Origin: an uncultured Actinomycetes bacterium
GTDB taxonomy: Bacteria; Actinomycetota; Actinomycetes; S36-B12; CAIYMF01
Length of the DNA stretch: 64,000 nucleotides
Assembly (NCBI GenBank): GCA_963788325.1
Contig: CAWBGJ010000008.1
Location: 5,058 to 69,057, forward strand
Direction of reading: 5' to 3'
A program made the translations under genes and the position numbers. Shown one piece after another: positions 30,949 to 38,582 of this stretch (within the stretch, counting starts at the first letter, position 1; each line of letters starts with the position of its first letter). Under the pieces are notes generated by a model. The model worked only from the letters and a program-made list of their open reading frames with translations. It was not told the DNA's origin and did not search any database.

Positions 30949-31421
30949 TGGTCCAGCGCGTCGAGGGCGCACGGGTGCTGGTCGAGGGCGCCGAGGTCGG
31001 CCGGATCGACGGTCCCGGCCTGTGCGTGCTGGTGGGCGCCACGCACACCGACTCATCCGAGCAGGCAGCCAGGCTGGCCGACAAGGTCTACGACATGCGC
31101 CTGTTCGACGCCGACGCGCTGGGCGAGCACCTGACCGGGTCCGGCCTGCCGGCGGGGCAGCTCGCCCGGGAGGTCTCGGCCAGCGATGCGGGCCTGCCCG
31201 TGCTGGTCGTCAGCCAGTTCACCCTCTATGCCCAGACGCGCCAGGGTCGCCGGCCCACGTGGGAGCAGGCGGCCCCCGCGGCCGTGGCCGAGCCGCTGGT
31301 GAGTGCCTTCGCCGCGCGGCTGCGGGAGCGCGGGGCCACCGTCGCCGAGGGCCGGTTCGGGGCGATGATGCGCGTCGAGCTGGTCAATGACGGCCCGGTC
31401 ACCGTCATCGTGGAGGTTTGA
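30939..31421 (+). CDS. dtd: D-aminoacyl-tRNA deacylase
   Basis: [13 protein letters not shown]..., VSQFTLYA and the C-terminal [11 protein letters not shown]. The start is ATG 30939, with GTG 30930 as an alternative. Confidence 0.92.
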   Translation: MRAVVQRVEGARVLVEGAEVGRIDGPGLCVLVGATHTDSSEQAARLADKVYDMRLFDADALGEHLTGSGLPAGQLAREVSASDAGLPVLVVSQFTLYAQTRQGRRPTWEQAAPAAVAEPLVSAFAARLRERGATVAEGRFGAMMRVELVNDGPVTVIVEV

Positions 31422-31424
31422 GAC

Positions 31425-32777
31425 TCAGCGTCCCCAGCGCCTGCGCCGACGGCGCTCCTCGGTCAGGGGTACCACGAGCCGGGTCACGATCGGTTCGTCG
31501 CGGTCGGGGTCGTCACTGAGGCTGGACAGCTCGCGCATGAACACGCTGGTGTCCTCACCGTTCGACGCGGGTCCGGACACGATGGGCGGCGGCTGGGTGG
31601 CCGGGTGCACTCTGGGGGTGTCGGTAGCCGTATCCGTGGCCGTTGCCGGGTCCGGGGCGGCGGGCACGACGGTCAGCGTGGGCCGGTCGAGGGACTCGGC
31701 CGATGCGGTTCCCGCAGACGCTGCACCGGGGGGTTCCGGGCGGGCATCGTTGAGCAGCGCCCCGAACTCGGCGATCAGCGGCCGAGGCGGTTCGGCCGTA
31801 TCGGGCTGTGCAGGCTCGAGTGCGAGCTCCGAGGCGTGCGCCTCCAGAGCCCCGGAGTGGGCGTGGGCCGCAGCGCCCAGGGCCGGTGCGCCCGGATCTC
31901 GCTCCACCGCATCTGGCTCTGCCGGACGCGGCTCGACCGGAGCTGGCTCGACGGGGTCCGGCTCGCCCGCTGCGGTCCCGTCGAACTCCCACTGCGGATC
32001 CGGCGGAGCTGGTCGGTGCAGCGCGACGACGGGTGCGAGGTCCTCCTCCGGCGGGTGGGCCGCCTCGGGCAGGACGAGCACGGCGGTCAGGGCCAGGTCG
32101 GCCACGATCTGCGCGGCCTGCTGGAGCGTGAACCCACACACCCGCGCCAACTCGTGGATGTCGCGGCGTCCGTCGACCCGGCACAGCAGTGCCCAGTCGT
32201 CCGGGCCTAGCGGTGTCTGGGTGGACCCGTTCCCCGGGGGTCGCAGGTGTGGGACGACCCTGGGCCCGCCCACCCGGGCCAGGGCGTCCAGCCGGCGATC
32301 CCGCCAGGCATGCGCGGCGGCGAGGAGCTCGTCGACCGGAGTCGGTGGGATCACGTCCTGGCGGATGCGGCGACCGGGGTGGAACCGCGCGCCGAGCACC
32401 TCGAGGTCCAGCAGGTCGGCGAGCTGGTCGAGCACCTGCTCGGCGACGAACGCCTCGACGACCTCGGCGCGGACATGTCCATGGGCGACCAGGACCTCGC
32501 CGATCCGGGGGGGGTGGAGCCGTTCACGCTGCTCCGCGGCGGCCTGGCTGAGCTGCTCGGGGGAGACCAGCCCACCGGACAGCAGTCGGACTCCCAACGC
32601 TGGGCGATAGCCCGGAACCTGCATCGCGTAGATGCCGCCCTGGCGGACCCAGACGTGCGACAGGTCCCGGCTGGGATGGCTGATCTCCAGCACGCCCGAG
32701 GTATCTGCCCGACCGAGCTCGCGCAGCAGGGGCTCGGCCAGCAGCGACCGGTCCTGCGACGACGACTCGACGGACAT
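31425..32777 (-). CDS. Hypothetical protein: DUF4388-like N-terminus, two tandem MshEN-like motifs, Pro/Ala/Glu-rich tail ending in RRRRRRWGR
   Basis: 450 aa from ATG 32777, which is preceded by GGAAGGA. The 252-aa N-terminal extension in the ORF track overlaps the opposite-strand kce gene and is rejected. Confidence 0.65.
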   Translation of the reverse strand: MSVESSSQDRSLLAEPLLRELGRADTSGVLEISHPSRDLSHVWVRQGGIYAMQVPGYRPALGVRLLSGGLVSPEQLSQAAAEQRERLHPPRIGEVLVAHGHVRAEVVEAFVAEQVLDQLADLLDLEVLGARFHPGRRIRQDVIPPTPVDELLAAAHAWRDRRLDALARVGGPRVVPHLRPPGNGSTQTPLGPDDWALLCRVDGRRDIHELARVCGFTLQQAAQIVADLALTAVLVLPEAAHPPEEDLAPVVALHRPAPPDPQWEFDGTAAGEPDPVEPAPVEPRPAEPDAVERDPGAPALGAAAHAHSGALEAHASELALEPAQPDTAEPPRPLIAEFGALLNDARPEPPGAASAGTASAESLDRPTLTVVPAAPDPATATDTATDTPRVHPATQPPPIVSGPASNGEDTSVFMRELSSLSDDPDRDEPIVTRLVVPLTEERRRRRRWGR

Positions 32778-32864
32778 GGGCGGTCCTTCCTTGGGCAGGC
32801 AACCGGGTTCACAGTGGTCGTCGGCATGACAGCGGGTAGGTCTTGAGCGACTCGGGATGCCAAG

Positions 32865-33701
32865 ATGGCCGCCATGCCCACGATCATCACGGTTGCCCCC
32901 ACGGGTGCCGAGAGCCAGAAGGCCGCCAACCCAGCACTTCCGGTGACCCTCGAGGAACTCGTGGCGGCGGCCGTCTCCTGCCAGGCCGCGGGCGCGGCGT
33001 TGATCCACATCCACATCCGTGACGACGCGGGCCGGCCGACCCTGGACCTGGCCCGGCTGCGGGACACGGTCGCCGCGGTGCGCGAGTCCACGGACCTGAT
33101 CGTGCAGCTGTCCACCGGCGGGGCAGTCACGGACCCCTTCGAGCGCCGGTTGGCTGTCCTGGATGCCGAGCCGGACTCCTGCTCGCTGACCACCGGCACG
33201 GTCAACTTCGGTGATGACGTGTTCAGCAACCCGTGGCCGTTCGTGGCCGAGCTCTACCAGCGCACGCAGGCCCTGGGGATCCTGCCCGAGTTCGAGCTGT
33301 TCGAGCTCGGGCACGTCAGCGCGCTGAACCGGCTGCTGGACACCTATGGGCCGCCGGCCGGGGGGCACGTCCACACGGACTTCGTCCTCGGGGTGCCCGG
33401 CGGGATGCCCGGGACGGCGGCCGCGCTGGTCGCGGGAGCGGCGATGCTCCCGGCAGGGGCCACCTGGTCGGCAACCGGCGTCGGACGCTCCAGCGTGCCG
33501 GTGCTGCTGGCCGCGCTGTCGATGGGCGGTCACCTGCGCGTCGGCATGGAGGACACGCTGACCTACGCACCCAGGCGACCCGTGGTCGACAACGCCGAGC
33601 TGGTTGCCCGCGCCGCGCGGCTGGCCGTCGAGGCGCTGCGACCCGCAGCGTCCACCGCGCAGGCCCGCGCGCTGCTCGGCCTTGCCGAGTCGGTCGCCTG
33701 A
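32865..33701 (+). CDS. 3-keto-5-aminohexanoate cleavage enzyme family (BKACE/DUF849)
   Basis: 278 aa. IITVAPTGAE, LIHIHIRD, LSTGG and GGHLRVGMEDT blocks of the BKACE TIM barrel. Confidence 0.82.
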   Translation: MAAMPTIITVAPTGAESQKAANPALPVTLEELVAAAVSCQAAGAALIHIHIRDDAGRPTLDLARLRDTVAAVRESTDLIVQLSTGGAVTDPFERRLAVLDAEPDSCSLTTGTVNFGDDVFSNPWPFVAELYQRTQALGILPEFELFELGHVSALNRLLDTYGPPAGGHVHTDFVLGVPGGMPGTAAALVAGAAMLPAGATWSATGVGRSSVPVLLAALSMGGHLRVGMEDTLTYAPRRPVVDNAELVARAARLAVEALRPAASTAQARALLGLAESVA

Positions 33702-34645
33702 TGGAGGGTCAGGTGCTCCTGGCCCACGTCACCCGCAACGGGTTCGTGGAGTCGGTGCATGCCGGGCACGCCGTGATCGTCGATCCCGACGGCGCCGTCG
33801 TGCGGTCCTGGGGCCGGCCCGAGCAACCGTTCCTGCCCCGCTCGGCCAACAAGCCGCTGCAGGCCGCGGGGATGGTGGCCGCCGGACTGGACCTGGCCGG
33901 CGAGCAGTTGGCCATTGCCGCGGCCTCGCACAACGGTGAGCCGATGCACCTTGCCACCGTGCAGGCGATCCTGGTCGCCGGCGGCCTGAGCGAGGCCGAC
34001 TTGGCCAACACCCCGGCGCTGCCGTACGCGCCCGGCCCCCAGCAGGAATGGCTGCGCGCCGGCGGCGTGCCGAGCTCGCTGGCACAGAACTGCTCGGGCA
34101 AGCATGCTGCGATGCTGCGTACCGCCCTGGCCCTCGGGGCGCCGACCCTGGGTTACCTGGCCGCCGATCACCCGGTGCAGCGCGCGGCCACCCGGGGTAT
34201 CGAGGAACTGACCGGGGAGTCGATCGCCGCCACGGGCGTGGACGGCTGTGGGGCGCCGGTCGCCGCGATCAGTCTGGTCGGGCTGGCCCGGGCGTTCTCC
34301 CGGATGGTGCTCGCCCCGGCCGACAGCGCGCCGGGCCGGGTGGCCCGCGCCATGTCCGGGCACCCGATGCACGTCGGCGGCACGGGCCGCGACGTCACCG
34401 CCTTCATGACGGCGCTGCCCGGGGCCATCGCCAAGGACGGCGCTGAGTCGGTCCATGCCCTGGCCCTGCCCGATGGGCATGGTGCCGCGGTGAAGATCGC
34501 CGACGGGTCGGAGCGGGCCCGGACCGGGGTCGTGCTCGCGCTGCTGCGCCACCTCGGGGTCGCCGACGAGGTGGCGGCCGCGGTGGCACCCGAGCCGATC
34601 TTGGGCGGTGGACGCCCAGTCGGTTCCGTGCAGGCCGTCTTCTGA
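33701..34645 (+). CDS. Asparaginase-II family (PF06089-type) protein
   Basis: 314 aa from ATG 33701, overlapping the kce stop. VTRNGFVESVHAGHAVIVDPDG, PRSANKPLQA and NCSGKHAAML motifs. Confidence 0.8.
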   Translation: MEGQVLLAHVTRNGFVESVHAGHAVIVDPDGAVVRSWGRPEQPFLPRSANKPLQAAGMVAAGLDLAGEQLAIAAASHNGEPMHLATVQAILVAGGLSEADLANTPALPYAPGPQQEWLRAGGVPSSLAQNCSGKHAAMLRTALALGAPTLGYLAADHPVQRAATRGIEELTGESIAATGVDGCGAPVAAISLVGLARAFSRMVLAPADSAPGRVARAMSGHPMHVGGTGRDVTAFMTALPGAIAKDGAESVHALALPDGHGAAVKIADGSERARTGVVLALLRHLGVADEVAAAVAPEPILGGGRPVGSVQAVF

Positions 34646-34690
34646 TCCGTCGCGGGCTGCGGCCCGCGGCCTGCGGCTGCCCGGACACAC

Positions 34691-34726
34691 CACGAGGGGC
34701 CCGACCGGTGGGTCGGACCCCTCGTG
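34691..34726. terminator. Bidirectional stem-loop between convergent genes
   Basis: CACGAGGGGCCCGACC-ggtg-GGTCGGACCCCTCGTG: a 16-bp stem with one mismatch and a 4-nt loop. Confidence 0.6.
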
Positions 34727-34762
34727 CTCAGTGCTGGTCACCCCGCTCTCGCGGGGCCATGA

Positions 34763-35362
34763 TCACTTGATCGACGCGAGCACCTTGCGGTACACGGCGT
34801 TGGCCTGGTCCTTGGCGTCCGTGGCCAGGTCAGTGGCCTCGTTGCGCAGCTCGGCGACAGTCGGCAACTCCACCTTGGGCAGCTCCACCTTGGGCAGCTC
34901 CACCTTGGGCAGCTCCACCTTGGCGACCAGGTCGCGCACGTCATCGACGGTCGGGACCTCGATCTTCGCCACGAGCGTCTCGGCCTCGTGGCGGACGTCG
35001 GCGACGGTCGGCACCTCGAACTTGGCGACGAACTCGCGGAAGTCGTCCATGGTCGGCACCTCGATCTTGGTCACGAAGCCACGGATCTCGGCCATCGTCG
35101 GCACCTCGAGGTGGCCTACGAGCTCACGGAGCTCCTCGACGGTCGGCACGTGCAGGCGCTCGTTCTTGGGCGCGACCTTCTTGGCAGCGCTCTTGCGGGC
35201 GGCCGTGGTCTTCTTCGCCGTCGTCTTCTTGGCGGCGGTGGTCTTCTTGGCAGCAGTCTTGCGGGCCGTGGTGGCCTTCTTGGCAACCGGCGCAACGGTC
35301 TCGGCGACCGTCTCGGCGGCGATGTCCAGGGTCTCCTGGCTGGCAGTGGTGTTCTCGGTCAT
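34763..35362 (-). CDS. Lys/Ala/Thr-rich tandem-repeat protein in an hbhA-like genomic position
   Basis: 199 aa. An N-terminal (A/T)AKKTT basic repeat region is followed by about 5 copies of a 15-residue hEVPT[VM]x[DE]hRxhVxK repeat and then VELPK x3-4. It overlaps the upstream XRE gene by 4 nt. Confidence 0.75.
   Translation of the reverse strand: MTENTTASQETLDIAAETVAETVAPVAKKATTARKTAAKKTTAAKKTTAKKTTAARKSAAKKVAPKNERLHVPTVEELRELVGHLEVPTMAEIRGFVTKIEVPTMDDFREFVAKFEVPTVADVRHEAETLVAKIEVPTVDDVRDLVAKVELPKVELPKVELPKVELPTVAELRNEATDLATDAKDQANAVYRKVLASIK
34864..34923 (-). repeat. 15-bp tandem repeat x4 (GCAGCTCCACCTTGG; the first copy has one mismatch) encoding VELPK
   Basis: Read directly. It is in frame within CDS 34763..35362. 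Confidence 0.95.
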
Positions 35363-35745
35363 TCGAGTTCCCCTTCTTGGTCGTCCTCGACCAGCGTCTG
35401 CTTGGTCGAGTTCTCGGTCTGGAAAGCCGCGTAGATCTCCAGCAGCGCCTTGCGCTGTCGTTCCGTGAGCGTGGCGTCCTCGGAGATCGCCTCGATGACC
35501 GCGTGGTCACCGCTGCGCTCCTCGAGCAGCCCGGCCCGGACGTACAGCGTCTCGGCTGAGATCCGCAGCCCGCCGGCGATCCTGGTCAGGATCTCCGCGC
35601 TGGGCTTGCGCAGTCCCCGCTCCACCTGGCTCAGGTAGGGATTGGAGATGTCTGCGGCCTTGGCCAACTGGCGCACCGAGATCTGCGCAGCACCCCGCTG
35701 TTCGCGGATGTACTCGCCGAGCTTCGTTGCATCGATCTTGGCCAC
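35359..35745 (-). CDS. XRE-family helix-turn-helix transcriptional regulator (Rv0474-like)
   Basis: 128 aa. ISVRQLAKAADISNPYLSQVERGLRKPSAEIL is a classic Cro/C1 HTH, followed by an acidic C-terminal tail. Confidence 0.88.
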   Translation of the reverse strand: MAKIDATKLGEYIREQRGAAQISVRQLAKAADISNPYLSQVERGLRKPSAEILTRIAGGLRISAETLYVRAGLLEERSGDHAVIEAISEDATLTERQRKALLEIYAAFQTENSTKQTLVEDDQEGELE

Positions 35746-35843
35746 ACATCAAGTATCCGCCCTAGTGCTTGCAAGTGCAAGCGCTCTGCTAGCGCTGGCG
35801 ACGTGAGATGGCTCACCCCTCCGATGTCGCATACGCTGGGCAC

Positions 35844-36125
35844 ATGAGTTGGCTGACCGACGTGATCCTGATGGCCATTGGCCTGGCAACCTTGGTGGCG
35901 TGCGCGCTGGCCTTCCTGGACTGCCTGCGCGCTCGACCGGATGCGTTCCCCGCGATCGGCCGGCAGTCCAAGGGGGTGTGGCTGGCCCTGACTGGGGGGG
36001 CCACGCTCGTCTCGCTGGCGACGTTCAGCCCGATCGGATGGCTCGGGATCGCCTCGATCGTGATCGCGGGCGTCTACCTGCTCGACATCAAGCCGAAGAT
36101 CACCGAGATCACCAGCGGTCGCTGA
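35844..36125 (+). CDS. DUF2516 family small membrane protein
   Basis: 93 aa from the internal ATG 35844. Three predicted TM segments and a RARPDAFPAIGRQSKGVW motif. Confidence 0.7.
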   Translation: MSWLTDVILMAIGLATLVACALAFLDCLRARPDAFPAIGRQSKGVWLALTGGATLVSLATFSPIGWLGIASIVIAGVYLLDIKPKITEITSGR

Positions 36126-36152
36126 GGCCGCCCGCGCCGCCTTCGAGGCAAC

Positions 36153-37175
36153 TCAGGACTCGGGGGACACGACCGTGAGCGCCACCTTGCCGCGCGCCCG
36201 TCCGGACTCCAGGAGGGCCACCGCCTCGGCCGTCCGCTCGAGCGGGAACGTCGCGCCGATCACCGGGTGCAGCTGACCCGAGGACAACAGGGCGGCCAGC
36301 GTGGACATCCCCTCGCTGGGCGGGCTCGTGAACGCGGGCCGGGGCGCGTGGCTGTTCACCACGCCCCGGGCCATCAGCCCCAGGGCTCGGGGGATGCTGC
36401 CGACCCAGCGATGGCCACTGGCCCCGTAGTGGTCGTGGCCGATCAGCACGTAGCGCCCGGTCTCGGTGAGGACCCGCTGGGCGTGGCTGAATGGGCGGTT
36501 GCCGGGGATATCGATGATCGCGTCGAAGCGGTCGGCCACCTGGGTGTAGTCGGTCGCCACGCCGTCGAGGACCTCGTCGACCCCCACCTCGGACAGCAGG
36601 TCGAGCCGGTCGGGGCGTTCCACGCCGGTCACGTGCGCGCCCTGGGCTCGTGCGATCTGCACGACGAACTGCCCGACGCCACCGGCCGCGCCGTTGACCA
36701 GCACCCGGTGGCCGGCCCGGACGCGGGCATCCTGGGTCACTGCCGTCAGGGCGATCATCCCGGAGGTGGGGACCGCCGCGGCCGCCACGAACGAGACGCC
36801 TTCAGGGATGGTCTCCAGGGCAGCCTCGTCCACCGCGACGTACTGCGCGTAGGCGCCGCCGTTGCGCCACTGCATCCCGGTCACGACCTCACCGAACACC
36901 TGGTCACCGGGCTGGAACCGACTCGCACCGGGGCCCAGCGACGTCACGACCCCGGCCATGTCCGTGCCCGGGATGGGGTTCGCCGGCCGGCGCAGGCCCG
37001 CGCCCATCAGTCGCAGCGCGTACGGCACGCCGCGCACCATGTGCCACACGTCGGCGTGCACGCCACTGGCATGGACGGCCACGAGCACCTGCCCGGGCCC
37101 CGGCTCGGGGCGCGGGACCTCCGCCAGGCGCAGCTGGTCGGGGGGACCGTACTGGTCAGCGACGATGGCGAGCAT
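36153..37175 (-). CDS. Zinc-type/MDR NAD(P)-dependent oxidoreductase (quinone oxidoreductase-like)
   Basis: 340 aa from the internal ATG 37175. GQVLVAVHASGV, GTDMAGVV and VLVNGAAGGVGQFVVQIA Rossmann motif. Confidence 0.85.
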   Translation of the reverse strand: MLAIVADQYGPPDQLRLAEVPRPEPGPGQVLVAVHASGVHADVWHMVRGVPYALRLMGAGLRRPANPIPGTDMAGVVTSLGPGASRFQPGDQVFGEVVTGMQWRNGGAYAQYVAVDEAALETIPEGVSFVAAAAVPTSGMIALTAVTQDARVRAGHRVLVNGAAGGVGQFVVQIARAQGAHVTGVERPDRLDLLSEVGVDEVLDGVATDYTQVADRFDAIIDIPGNRPFSHAQRVLTETGRYVLIGHDHYGASGHRWVGSIPRALGLMARGVVNSHAPRPAFTSPPSEGMSTLAALLSSGQLHPVIGATFPLERTAEAVALLESGRARGKVALTVVSPES

Positions 37176-37188
37176 GGCTGACCTCGAC

Positions 37189-37229
37189 GCCGCAGGCCCG
37201 GGCGCGATCACCTCGACCAGGCCTGCGGC
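37189..37229 (-). terminator. Stem-loop downstream of gpmA
   Basis: GCCGCAGGCC (37189-37198) pairs with GGCCTGCGGC (37220-37229). The loop is 21 nt and there is no U-tract. Confidence 0.35.
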
Positions 37230-37240
37230 ATCTGCTGGAT

Positions 37241-37987
37241 CTACTTGCCCTGGTTGGCCACTGCGGCAGCCGCCGCCGCAGCCGCCTGTGGGTCCACGTA
37301 CTCACCGCCGGGAACCGTCGGGCGCAGATCCTCGTCGAGGCGGTAGACAAGCGGGATCCCGGTCGGGATGTTCAGCTTGATGACCGCCTCGTCGCTCATT
37401 CCCTCGAGGTGCTTGACCAGCCCGCGCAGGGAGTTGCCGTGCGCGCCCACGAGCACCGTGCGACCGACCCGCAGGTCCGGGACGATCCCGTCGTACCAGT
37501 AGGGCAGCATCCGGGTCACGACGTCCTTGAGGCACTCGGCGGCGGGCCGGATCTCGGGTGCCAGGTCCGCGTAGCGGGGGTCGTGGGTCTGGGCGAACTC
37601 GTCCTCGGGATCGATCGGCGGCGGCGGCACGTCATAGGAACGGCGCCAGAGCATGAACTTCTCCTCGCCGTACTTCTGCAGGGTCTCCTTCTTGTCCTTG
37701 CCCTGCAGTGCCCCGTAGTGCCGCTCGTTGAGCCGCCAGCTGCGGCGCACGGGCACCCAGTGGCGACCGCAGTTCTCCAGGGCGAGGTTCGTCGTGCGGA
37801 TGGCACGGCGCTGCAGTGACGTGTGCGCCACGTCAGGCAGGATGCCCTGCTCGGCCAGCATCCGGCCGCCGTTGACGGCCTCGCCCTCACCCTTCTCGGT
37901 GAGGTCCACGTCCACCCAGCCGGTGAACAGGTTCTTGGCGTTCCACTCGCTCTCGCCGTGGCGGAGCAGGATCAATGTGTAGGTCAT
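37241..37987 (-). CDS. gpmA: 2,3-bisphosphoglycerate-dependent phosphoglycerate mutase
   Basis: 248 aa from the internal ATG 37987. [36 protein letters not shown] and GAHGNSLR motifs. Confidence 0.95.
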   Translation of the reverse strand: MTYTLILLRHGESEWNAKNLFTGWVDVDLTEKGEGEAVNGGRMLAEQGILPDVAHTSLQRRAIRTTNLALENCGRHWVPVRRSWRLNERHYGALQGKDKKETLQKYGEEKFMLWRRSYDVPPPPIDPEDEFAQTHDPRYADLAPEIRPAAECLKDVVTRMLPYWYDGIVPDLRVGRTVLVGAHGNSLRGLVKHLEGMSDEAVIKLNIPTGIPLVYRLDEDLRPTVPGGEYVDPQAAAAAAAAVANQGK

Positions 37988-38063
37988 GGCCCACATACTG
38001 GCCCAGCCGGCCGCTGCCTTGCGCGCCGAGTGCGCGGACAGGCGAGGAACCGGTGGGTGCCCC

Positions 38064-38582
38064 TCAGCCCTCGTCGCTGTGATCGACCTGCGGATCGGAG
38101 CCCAGATCGGCGAAGGCGGCGAGATTGGCCAGCGACTCCCCGCGGGCTTCGCGCCAGGCCCGCTCACGGCGGATTGCCGTGGCGAAGCCCAGCCGCAGGA
38201 TCGTGTTGAACGACTCGTCGGAGGCGCGCAGGACCGAGCCGAGCAGTCGGTCCAGGTCGTCGGTGCCCAGGCCGGTCACGGGCACGCGGCCCACCAGGTA
38301 GATGTCGCCGAGACGGTCCAGGGCGAAGGCCACGCCGAGCATCTGGGTGTTGCGCCGAAGGAGCCAGCGGTAGACCGCCTCGGCGTTCTCGTCGGGCCGG
38401 CGGGCGACGAACGCGTTGATCGTCAGGGCCTGTGGGCCCACGGCCATGCTGACCGTCGTGCGCAGCTTCGCCGCACCGGGCAGCACCACCACGAACTGGT
38501 GGCGCTCAGGACGTTCGTGCTCGATCCCCTGCGCCTCGAGCAGGTCGGCCAAGGCGGCCGCCACCGTATCGGCGCCGGACAT
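38064..38582 (-). CDS. YbjN-domain (putative sensory transduction/chaperone-like) protein
   Basis: 172 aa. Its ATG overlaps the mshA stop by 1 nt (TGATG). It sits in the conserved position downstream of mshA, Rv0487-like. Confidence 0.7.
   Translation of the reverse strand: MSGADTVAAALADLLEAQGIEHERPERHQFVVVLPGAAKLRTTVSMAVGPQALTINAFVARRPDENAEAVYRWLLRRNTQMLGVAFALDRLGDIYLVGRVPVTGLGTDDLDRLLGSVLRASDESFNTILRLGFATAIRRERAWREARGESLANLAAFADLGSDPQVDHSDEG

Noticed and set aside
32778-33533. The 252-aa N-terminal extension of ORF 31425..33533.
   Set aside because: It overlaps the well-supported opposite-strand BKACE gene and is Arg/Gly-rich. A good RBS plus ATG at 32777 gives a sensible start.
34864-34923. 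Tandem repeats at 34864-34923, and also at 30893-30948, considered as possible CRISPR arrays.
   Set aside because: The units are only 14-15 bp and are directly abutting with no spacers. One lies in frame within a CDS and the other within a short gene spacer. No cas genes are present in the window.
34763-35745. The XRE regulator plus its overlapping downstream gene, considered as a toxin-antitoxin pair.
   Set aside because: The downstream protein is a 199-aa Lys-rich structural repeat protein with no toxin-like fold. The synteny matches the XRE/hbhA-type locus instead.
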